DNA of 63,732 bases, filler included, from Octopus bimaculoides (lineage: Eukaryota), in NCBI RefSeq assembly GCF_001194135.2. It is 4 parts of 4 records of this genome, joined end to end, with 100 filler letters (N's around TTAATTAATTAA, not from the genome) between each part and the next. Parts side by side here need not be neighbours in the genome. Positions count along the whole stretch, not along the records: positions 25,525 to 55,553 come from NC_068989.1; positions 55,654 to 62,540 come from NC_068981.1; positions 62,641 to 63,732 come from NW_026351140.1; 1 more part is not named here. The stretch is one strand, 5' to 3'. Numbering within the stretch: the stretch's first letter is position 1; each line of letters opens with the position of its first letter. The position numbers were made by a program, and so were the translations under genes. Under the pieces are notes generated by a model, which searched no databases, was not told the DNA's origin, and worked only from the letters and a program-made list of their open reading frames with translations. Below, piece after piece: positions 53,319 through 63,732 of the stretch.

Positions 53319-55218
53319 GAATTTGACGTAAAAATATTGCAGCCAACAGTGAAATACGGCAGCTGTTCTGGGATGGTCTTAAGAGCAATTTGGAACAATA
53401 GTCGATCAGAGCTGGTGGAGTGAGAGGGAAACATAAACTCAGATAAATATATGTTCTTATTGCATAAAGGATTCCTCCCTTTCTTGTCCAACCGTGAAGT
53501 GATTAAAAAAGACACACTAATTATGGAGATGGGGCTGTTAGTTACACGGCTGAAAAGCCCAAGTCTGGCTGGAAGAGAATGGTACTAAAATGTTTCCATG
53601 GCCAAGCCAGTCACCAAATATGCACTCATGCATATGACTTCCTCTCAAAGATACCGTCTAACATATTCAATCACAAAGCATTGGTCGATTTAATGGGACT
53701 GAACCGAAATGGTGAATGTGAAAGAGGAACGAACCTCTTAACCTCGTAATTTGAATAAGGAAAGCGATTGATAGGTATTAGACAAAAACGCATTGAAATT
53801 CATCTGCATAGGAATGTAAATATATATAAAATTCTTTCCTAATGCTAATTTGAACATGAATGCTCCATTCCATTTAATAATACATTCATCATTAATAACA
53901 CAGATAAAAACAATTAAATTCGGATTCATAAACGAATATTTTAAGAATGAGAAGGTAATTTTTTATTATATATTCCAAAACATATCTTCCCTTCTATGTT
54001 GTTTTGGTTATCATTAACAAATCTATATAGAGAAAAAATAAACGAGAATTGCTGATAAATGTGCATCTTAAAAAAGAAAAGGTCCTGTTACAATATAAAA
54101 TTTACTTCGCTTCACAGTCACATTGATATTTCGTAGCATTTTTTCTAAAGTCATTCAAAATAGACTCGTGTCTTCACATATGAAATGAATGCTTCGCCAA
54201 AGGAATTATGATTTTCATGAACAACTCAAGTGCACACAATATCTAAAGATAAAATATTAGTTATCGATATTTCAAATATTCCTTTTTCTATTAATATCAT
54301 TGTAGATAGAACATCTATTTTATTTCTCGACTACTACCACTGACAAAACGTCACTCAGAAAATAATTATTTCTTTATTGCGTGGGTGTAATTCAAACTGG
54401 TGAATCATTGAAAATATTCTGAACGTACATCCGGCTCAAATCTCATGTGAGTACGTCCTGACGCTGAATCAAAGAAGAATAAATAAATAAATAAATAAAT
54501 GACTAAATAAATAAATGAAACGTATACAAATGAGTGTGAATGTTCAATGAGATTGATTTATATCGACTTCTTTCAGCCGCTGAGGTACACTCCAGGATAT
54601 ATAGAGAGAGATAAATATATATATATATACGCTACTGGAGAAGCCAATTTTAACAGAGTAACCAATAATTGATTCGTACCACATTTAAAAAAAAATTTAC
54701 AAAATCTTATAGATAAACCTGATTGAAAGAATTTCATGCAGTTGTCGGGAATATAAACTCTCTGACGATGTACGTCTGTCGCCATTAAAGTTGCCATGAG
54801 TCTAGAGTTCGTCATCAGTCTTCTTGTCATCGTTACGAATATCATTATTTATCGTTGCCTTAAAATATTCACACCACCCTAACAGATACACACGCGTGTG
54901 CGCGCGCACACACACACATATAGAGAGGCAGAATGGCAGGTGGATTAATCGACAAATAGATACAGATAATTTTACGCATGCGCATACAGACATACAAGTG
55001 TGTGATGAATATCTATATATATATATACAGTATGTCTTTATAGGATTTCTCGTTTATCATTTTCCACATATATTCAGGATAAACTAAACTTATATGAATT
55101 CATATTGCTTATGAGATATTAACGACTGATAATGAATTCACATATATACGTATATATGTGTGCGTGTGTGTGTGTGCATGTCTATCTATCAACCTATCTA
55201 TCTATCTGTCTATCTATA

Positions 55219-55259
<41 letters not shown>

Positions 55260-55270
55260 CTATCTCTGAT

Positions 55271-55553
55271 CTGGACGGATGCTAGTCACATCGGCTCGCA
55301 AGTAAGTTGGCCTTTTATATGTCAAAACTTTTGCAGTTTTAAAATATTTTTTGTGGAAGAGGTGTATAAGTATATACACTTCGACCCTATTGGGTTTTTG
55401 TAATAGGAAGTGGCTCCTTCTGGAGTTTATTTCCAAAAGTTTTTGATTTTTCTCCGGCTTATTTGCCATATTTCGTAAAAGAAATATGGCTAGGCCTTCA
55501 CACGTGGTCGATTTGCCTCTAACAGCAGGCAAGGAGACTGACCAACAAGTCGT
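55271..55553 (+). mobile_element. 5' end (UTR plus ORF1 start) of a Tx1/L1-like LINE, cut by an assembly gap
   Basis: Colinear by eye with 57587-57860. ATG at 55486 (MARPSHVVDLP) aligns with the ACG-AKPNHEADFP start at 57798. Confidence 0.7.
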
Positions 55554-55683
55554 NNNNNNNNNNNNNNNNNNNNNNNNNNNNNNNNNNNNNNNNNNNNTTA
55601 ATTAATTAANNNNNNNNNNNNNNNNNNNNNNNNNNNNNNNNNNNNNNNNNNNNTATATAATATATATAATATATATATATATA

Positions 55684-56238
55684 CACAAGGTGTCCCAAAA
55701 ATATGTACTCACTCTTTGGCAGACGATTATTAATGTTTTGTTTTTTATTTTATTTCAGACGCAACAGACCCTTCACAATGGCAAATGCACAACTAACGTT
55801 TGAGGGAAAATAATTATATTAAAGTGTTACTGGAAGCATGAAAATGTCACGGAAATGCAAAGACAATTTAACAGTTTCAGAAGACACCACCAACACGACG
55901 CACTATTGCTCGCATCAGAGATAAATTTGAAGCATACGGAACAATTCAGAACGTTAGTAAGCAACACTCTGGAAGATCACAAACATCCACCAGCCCCAAT
56001 AGACACAACCGATTAATGGAAACCCTTTCCTAATCCCCAAAGAAATTCGTAAGACAATTGAGTTGTGAGATAGGAATCCCAAAATCGAGTGTTCATCGGA
56101 TGTTGAAACGAGATCATTGGAAAAGTTACGTTCCAACATTAATTCAAGCCCTCAATGAAGATGATCCTGATCGGAGAGTTCAATTTGCAGAGGATGCAAC
56201 GTTTCCAGAGAAAATCTTATGGAGTGAGTACATATTTT
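55684..56238 (+). mobile_element. Tc1/mariner transposon 5' fragment (TIR-like end, HTH DNA-binding region), frameshifted
   Basis: CAAGGTGTCCCAAAA after a TA run. Translation MANAQLTFE / ILKCYWKHENVTEMQRQF / TPPTRRTIARIRDKFE..G / [21 protein letters not shown]...DDPDRRVQF...KILWSE. Confidence 0.8.
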
Positions 56239-56248
56239 NNNNNNNNNN

Positions 56249-57120
56249 TTCGAGCCTACGCTCTTCAACGGAAAGGAACAAGAGAAAATAAACAGAGATA
56301 ATAAAAAAAAAACTTGTGGATTTAGCGATTAAGCATGGTAACAGGTGTGGAAAAAAGGTCTGACAGGAGAGGTAGAAAAGGTGTTTCTTTAGGCGGTGGT
56401 GAGGGAGGAAGAGGAAAGATTTGTAATCGAGCATGCTAAAGAAAGGGGAAAAAAGAAGAAAAGGAGAGAGAAAGGCAAAGTAACAACATACGGAGTAAGA
56501 AACACAAAGTTAAAAAAATTCAAACATCATGGTATATTGGAGCGATTTTTCATCAACGGAAAGAGTCCAGTGAAATCCGTAAGTATAGCCAGTGGTAATC
56601 TGGGTAGAGTGCTGGTATGTAGATGAGGAGAGGTGCAGGAATTTCAGGCAGTATTTGAGATGTGTAAGTCCAAAGAGTAGTAGGTTAAAGCAGGATAAAA
56701 CTGGGGTGACCATGTGAGCGTATAATATATAGTTGAAATTTACAGAAAAATAAACGACAAAGACAGGTGTATGAACAGCAATCAGGTGTATTAGTTTGAC
56801 TCTTGGGAAGGTGAGAAGGTCTTTTACATTTCGAGCCTACGCTCTTCAGCAGAAAGGAATAAGAGAAAATAAACAGAAAGAGAATAAGAAGCTTGTGGAT
56901 TTGGCGATCAAACATGGCGACTGGTTGGGAAAAAAAGGTTTGACAGGAGAGATAGCAAAGGTGTTTCTTTAGGCGGTGGTGAAGGTGGAGGAGGAAAAAT
57001 TTGTAATCGGGTATGATGGAAAAAGGAGAAAAATGTAAAAAAGAAGAAAAGGAGAGTCACAGTAATGACGTACGGAGTATAAAAGTTCAAAAAATTCAAA
57101 AGGCGTGAAGAGGAGAAAAG
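56249..57120 (-). mobile_element. Two diverged direct repeats, each carrying a minimal hammerhead-like motif (56820-56857; 56249-56276 cut by gap); PLE pLTR-like
   Basis: TTCGAGCCTACGCTCTTCA...GGTGTTTCTTTAGGCGGTGGTGA...AAAAAATTCAAA occurs twice, 581 bp apart. Confidence 0.75.
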
Positions 57121-57522
57121 ACACACACACACGTTATATAAGTTAATTAGAGAAAATATTAACCTCTTAAATGGATGATTACATCCAAGAAAACATTGGT
57201 TCTATACCTTGTGTTTTGGGGAATAAAATTTCCCTAAATCAATAGGTATATATATTAAGTATATAATTCGTATTAAATTACATGTTGACCTATCTGTTCA
57301 ATCCAGCAGAATGAACAGATAGGTCAACAGGTAATCTTTTAATGTCTAACTTTTCCCAGATGATATTTTGCTCATAACTTATAAAATCAGATTTAATGCA
57401 TAAATTTGTAATTTATTCAATGAGTATAAATAGAAACAGCGGTAGGAAGAAATGATTATCTATTTATTAACAAATATATATTAACCATTAACTCTCCATT
57501 TTCTTCTCTTAATTTAATACGA

Positions 57523-57585
<63 letters not shown>

Positions 57586-57586
57586 G

Positions 57587-59547
57587 TCTGGACGGTAGAA
57601 AAATTGGCTCGAAATAAGTTGGCTTTTTGTGTAGAAAAACGTTTTATTTGTGAATTATTTTTTGTGAAAGAGTTGTATAAAACCATCTCCTTCAACCCCA
57701 GTAAATCTTGTAATAGGAAATTACACCACTTGGAGTAAATTTCCAAAACTTTAAAAAAGAATTTTCTTCGGTTTCCTTGCTATATTTCTAAACGAAAACG
57801 GCTAAGCCAAACCATGAAGCCGACTTCCCGCCTTTACTAAAGTCAGAGGCGAAGGAAGCTGAAACCAAAGCCATTCCGCTAGAACGCACACAGGCTTTAG
57901 AAAATACGTACAAAGAAGTGAATACGTTTACTACTATAAACACTGCCTCCACCACTACGGCCATCACCTCCACAACCAATACAAATGCCGAAAACAATTT
58001 TGCCGCATCTTTAAAGCTAAAGAAAAAAGCATGTGCTTTTCGAAGGAAGAACTGCTTGCTTGCAAAGCAATGTTTAAAAAAGACGACCTTACCATACAAC
58101 TACAGACACCACAAAACATCAAGGTAAAAAATCGCATAAAAAAAAAATTATTTACAAGACATTCAACCTAAAAACAAAGCTATACGAAACGGCCACTCAA
58201 GAAAATATAGAAAAAGGTTTAAAACTCATATGGACCTTTAAAGACTACATCACGAGGAGAAACAGATTTGCCACGATCGAAGTTAGATTCGACAGTGAAG
58301 AAAGAGTCAAGGACTTCTCCACAAAGTCCTTTCAATGTGAAAACTTAATGATGATCCCTACATACTCTGGTCATAAGGTCACAAAAATAAAAATAAAAAA
58401 ATGTGCCCTTGAGATAGAAATAAAATGGCTTGTGTCTGCTATTTGTTATGACATCGAGGACGAAATCCATATCTTGGAAATCGCTGTCCTGGACCAGCAA
58501 AACTGGACTGGCCAAGGAGTCGAAATTCTTGCTCAAATTGACCCAATGAATTTCGAAAAAATTCCGCATCAAATCAAAGTGCCAGTGGATTCGAGTTTGT
58601 ATGTGGCCATCGAAGACAGAAAGCCACGTTGCTACGTTTGTGGTAGCAAAGCACACTTAAAAATTAATTGCCCACTAGCGCAGAAACAACAACAACGAGA
58701 TCACGAAGAACAACAACAACAACCACAAGAAAAGCAAAAATCGAGCAAAAAACCAGCACTGCTACCCACACCGCCATATGCACAACTAATTAAACAGCTC
58801 TACAAACAAATGAAGGAACATCAGCAACCAACCTGCCAGCCCAACCAAACAACACCACCACCAGCACCACCAAAAACAGAAACAACACCATCATCACCAC
58901 CAACAAAAACAACTCCAAAGAAAGAAGAAAAAACCCAAAAGACTCATACCTCACCACCCCCCCCCCCNNNNNNNNNNNNNNNNNNNNNNNNNNNNNNNAA
59001 AACCCATATACCATATCCCAACTGTCACCAACTAGCACCAGCACCAACAACAAAATTAACACACTCAGAAATAGACCCCAATACCCTTCCCCTCCCACCT
59101 CCTGATTCCTCTGACATGTCGTCAGATGAAGACGACACAGAGAATTGGCAAGTGGCCAGAGGGGGAAGGAGAAAAGGGGGGTAAAAAGAATAGAGAATCA
59201 GACAAAGCAGGGAGGTTTACCACTCCCGAAACCAAAACACCCGCAGAAAACAAAAGCATCAACACAAACACACTAACACCAAACCCACCAACAATCCAGA
59301 CATAATGGAATACATTAGGTCAAACACCAATATAACAGAAAATGATACCAAAACAAATAATCACCCACGCTCAACACCACCACAACACATTAAAATCATA
59401 CACATAACACAGAACACACACAGCACAGTGAAATCTCTCTACCCGGAAGTAGTAGGGAGATTTCAAAAATACCTGTCTAAAGAACTATACAAAAACCTTC
59501 TGGGAGAAGACTGTGAGGTGAAGGACAAACAACTTTCGGACAGTAAG

Positions 59548-59615
<68 letters not shown>

Positions 59616-62540
59616 TCTTTCGTCTTCCTTTCGTGTGTAAAACACAACTTTCGATAGGAACATGCTCAAAATAGGCAGTATAAATGTACGTGGCTTGGAG
59701 TCACCTTGGAAACAAGGCTACCTGTTAAATGACATCAGACTCCACAGCCCGCGGGCCCTCTAGCACATTTTCAGCGGACATTTCGACATTTATTTTTCTC
59801 CGTTTCTGTCAAGAATGGGCGGAGGTGGTACTGCGGTGTTTCTTCGGAAGAGTCTGGACCTCAAAGTAAGAGCAATTTTCCTAGACCCGAAGGGTAGGCT
59901 GGTCGTCTTAGATATCGACGGCAGTGATGGGTGTGCTTTTTGACTGATAACAGTTTATGCACCGTTCTTAACAGGTCGGCCAGGTTTATTTCGACGTCTA
60001 GAGGTTTTCCTGGGAACGTCTTGACCTTTACTTTTAGTGGGGGGTTGGAACGCTTCCGTGGACACGCGTCTAGACTACGTGGGTAGAGATAGTAATAGGA
60101 GGGGGATGTAAATGCTTCAAAGACCTGCTCAGACGTTTCTAACTGACTGACAGGTACCGAATGGACCACCCGAATGTGCCAATGTGGACATGGAGCAACA
60201 GCATCGGGTCATTCAGATCGTATTTAGATAGAGTATTCTGTAGGCCAGAAGATAAGGATAGTGTTGGTTGTCCACAATTCCATATATTCAGCTACACAGA
60301 TCACAAAATTGTGACCTGTACACTAGACTTAGATAATACACATAGGCAGGGTTCCGGTTACTGGAAGCTGAACGCGTCGTTCACAGTATGTCAGGCTTAC
60401 AGAGACCGGATTAGCACATTAGTTAAGAGAGCATTGACGGGTGCCACCGTAAACAATAGATGGTGGTTTTATAGCCGGTTTGGTTACTGTTTGTGTAACA
60501 CTACTTTTATGTTTCCTCTTTGGAAATAGATAATAAATATATTTTACTTTTGAAGTAGGAATATATATTGACAAACACGCCACTTATGCCTTATAAGTGT
60601 TATCATTATACATAAATCCTGACTCCAGCTACATAAACGCCATAGTGAGAAATATATATTCTGAAAACGCTAACTGACATTTTATGCGTGCATGTATGTT
60701 GAAGACAAATAAATTTGTGTTTTTTTAACCGTTATAAAAATATACACAGTTTAATAATTGCAGAAATAAATTTCATTATCAAGTTGAAGAACGTGAAGAA
60801 AGAGAAAATAATTACTACATTATTTTATTTATGTACATTTAGCATTTATAGTACAATTGGGAAGTAAAGTCATTTTGTCGTAGAGAATTACGACTTAAAA
60901 TTCACTCTAGCTAATCTTTCATACTAACTACTAGAGTTCACAAGAATTCAAATAAGTCTTGTTGGGTTTTTATCATAGACATGGCATAAAAAATAGCCAA
61001 TATCTCAATGAGTGCGTGTCGTGGAGTTTAGTAGCATAAAACGAGCACTGATTAATTTCCCGAAAATCAGGGTTTTTATAACTGCTCATACCTGAATTCT
61101 AAGAACCGTATTTCGTGAAGGAATTCTCTTTGCCGAAAGTTTAGGATTCAAATATGGGCAGTAATTTTAACCAATGGAATTACCAACGATTATGCTTGTT
61201 CGGGCAAACGACCATTACGTCATATTGCTGCCTTTTGTGACTTGTTACAGCGGTATGCCCTTAAGAAAGCAATTAAAGTAGAATCGGTTAGGTACAGTAA
61301 GGCCCTAGCATTTGACCGAAATAGAATAGAGGGAGACCTAGAAAAAAAATTAGAAGAGGCACTTAGAACTGGCATCGCGTGCAACGTACTGGCGGCGAGG
61401 TTGGCCTTCNNNNNNNNNNNNNNNNNNNNNNNNNNNNNNNNNNNNNNNNNNNNNNNNNNNNNNNNNNNNNNNNNNNNNNNNNNNNNNNNNNNNNNNNNNN
61501 NNNNNNNNNNNNNNNNNNNNNNNNNNNNNNNNNNNNNNNNNNNNNNNNNNNNNNNNNNNNNNNNNNNNNNNNNNNNNNNNNNNNNNNNNNNNNNNNNNNN
61601 NNNNNNNNNNNNNNNNNNNNNNNNNNNNNNNNNNNNNAATTACTCAAGCTTAAAAGGATGTGTGAGGCCTTTCAACAACACTTTGCCCGACTGTTCTGGA
61701 CAACTGGTGGGTCAGAACGTAGAGTGGACTTTAGTGCCTACCTGCATAGCCTGCCACGACTCTCGGCAAGAGAGGCAGAGTGTTGTGAAGGACCCATCAC
61801 AGCCGCGGGCGTATGGGATGCGATGGCAGGCTGCGCGGGAGACAAGTCGCCAGGCTTGGATGGTCTGCCCTACGAACTTTATATTGTCATATGCCAGACT
61901 TGTTTGGATGCGTCTTGGCAGCTATCTACTGCAACTGGCAGCAAAACAGGAGTATCCTCATCTCTGTAAAGTGAGCAGCGGTGGCACTGCTAAAGAAAGA
62001 TCCAAACAAGGGAACGTCGTAGATAACTTCAGGCCCATCACTCTGCTCAACGCAGATTTGGCGCTTGTCATCAAGCGGTTGGCGCTTGTCATCGAGAAAC
62101 TGGTCGACAAGGCGCAAACGTGAGCCGTGCCAGTTAAGAGTATCCATGACAACCTCCATCTGATGCGCTACATCATAGACAGGGTAGTTAAGGAACTTGG
62201 CATGGGTGGGGTGCTGATCAGTTTGGATCAATCAAAAGCGTTCGAGAGGGTAGACCATCACTACTTGGAGGCTGTTCTTAGAGCAGCTGGTTTCGGTCCC
62301 ATCTTCCACAGTTGGATCACTGCCTTATACAGCGGCATCCTTTCGGTAGTTCGCGTAAATGATCATCTGTCCAGACCATTTAACATCATACGTTCGGTTC
62401 GTCAAAGATGCCCCTTCTCGTCGCTTCTGTACATATTAACTCTTGAGCTACTGCTGCGGAAGCTGGCGACGCTGAGAGGCATCCCGCTAGAGCTGGGATG
62501 CGGGAGGAGCGTGTCTGCATACGCGGACGACGTCACCGTG
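57587..62540 (+). mobile_element. Tx1/L1-clade LINE with intact 5' end: ORF1 (CCHC zinc knuckle), ORF2 APE and RT; interrupted by an insertion and gaps
   Basis: ORF1 from 57798 (ACG), frameshifted, with CYVCGSKAHLKINC. ORF2 from 59662 reads MLKIGSINVRGL, then SYLDRVF, YTDHK, GYWKLNAS, NFRPITLLNAD, LDQSKAFERVDH and YADDVT (62520). Confidence 0.93.
60468..61251. other. 784-bp AT-rich insertion interrupting LINE ORF2
   Basis: ORF2 breaks at NNRWW and resumes at YALKKAIKVESVRYS (the 17370 copy reads NNRWWHILKRAIRLESIRFS). GGT is duplicated at 60465-60467 and 61252-61254. Confidence 0.75.
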
Positions 62541-63696
62541 NNNNNNNNNNNNNNNNNNNNNNNNNNNNNNNNNNNNNNNNNNNNTTAATTAATTAANNNN
62601 NNNNNNNNNNNNNNNNNNNNNNNNNNNNNNNNNNNNNNNNCTGTGCTGATGGTCGTCACGACGATAACGTTGACGATGACGACGGCGGTGGAGGTGGTAA
62701 TAAATAGATGGCTTTATAAAATTTAAGTGTGTGTATATTTGTGTGTGTGTGAGTGTGTGTGTGTGTGCTTATATGTATAGTTTCATATAAGATATTCACT
62801 AACAACAACATAATTCATATAAGAATAGGTTTGTATTAAACAATATGAATATGTATGCACGTACGTATGTTTGTATTTATGGATGGTTGTTTATATGTAT
62901 GTTTGTGGTGTATACATATATTTATATACGTTATACTTGTATTAAGAAAAATAAGTATGATATATGAGTGCATGTGTATATACATACATATAGGTTATGC
63001 GTGAGTATATGCATTAATGAGCATACACATACATCTAGGCTATGCATTTATGTATATGCACTTACTGATGCAAGCAGGAATTCATATAAATGTGTATGCA
63101 TATAAATATATGTTTGTGTGCGTGTATGCGTGTGTGTACATGTTTGTGTGTGTGTGAATTTCTGATGGCTCCTACATATGTATATTTGCAGTGTATTTAA
63201 TCATAATTATGATATATGTACATATATTTTATGAGTCTAATGTAGAGTATGTTTATATATGCACATGTATGTACGTATACATGTGTGTGTTTGTGTGCAT
63301 ATATGTGTATGTATGTATATGTGTGTATATATATATATATANNNNNNNNNNNNNNNNNNNNNNNNNNNNNNNNNNNNNNNNNNNNNNNNNNNNNNNNNNN
63401 NNNNNNNACATACATACATACATATATACATACATACATACGTACGTACGTACATATATACATAAAGACCGACAGAATCACGCACACATATGTACACAAA
63501 CATGTATTTGCATATATTCCTCTCTCTAATGTATGTAAATATTGATTTACCAAAGTGTGTGTATGTGTGTGCGTGTGAATATGGCTATACGCACACATAT
63601 GTATATATATTACATATGAATATTTATATGTATGCATATATATAATATATATGTACCTGAAAATATTCATGTGTAACATACTTGTGTATATATATA

Positions 63697-63732
<36 letters not shown>

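Overview
This is AT-rich, microsatellite-dense animal genomic DNA with many N gaps. The SINE families, LINE set and simple-repeat load suggest an octopus or other cephalopod assembly (inference, not verified). I found no complete host protein-coding gene, only two weak minus-strand exon candidates. The recognisable content is mostly decayed mobile DNA: three Tx1/L1-clade LINEs, two RTE fragments, one CR1/L2-like RT fragment, an R4/Dong-like RLE retroposon sitting in (TAA)n, three Penelope-like element (PLE) fragments, two Tc1/mariner remnants (one DD37D with terminal inverted repeats), a Helitron helicase fragment, a probable solo LTR, several SINE families and three copies of a ~550-bp (ATT)n-flanked repeat. 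The strongest signal not visible in the ORF track is RNA. Folding by eye gives nine type I hammerhead ribozyme-like motifs in about five sequence families. Two lie at PLE 3' ends, and most of the rest are in ORF-less units that end in (TA)n. One at 20146-20188 has an intact core, and a five-copy family lacks the conserved A6 of the core. Hammerheads in PLE pseudo-LTRs (pLTRs) are established biology; only the specific variants, their density and their tandem arrangement here may be new. Other signals are two related Tx1 5' ends that both abut (CTAT)n, a CpG-decay contrast between the left ~25 kb and the rest, an RTE 5' inversion, and several long hairpins. All folds and alignments were done manually and need computational confirmation.
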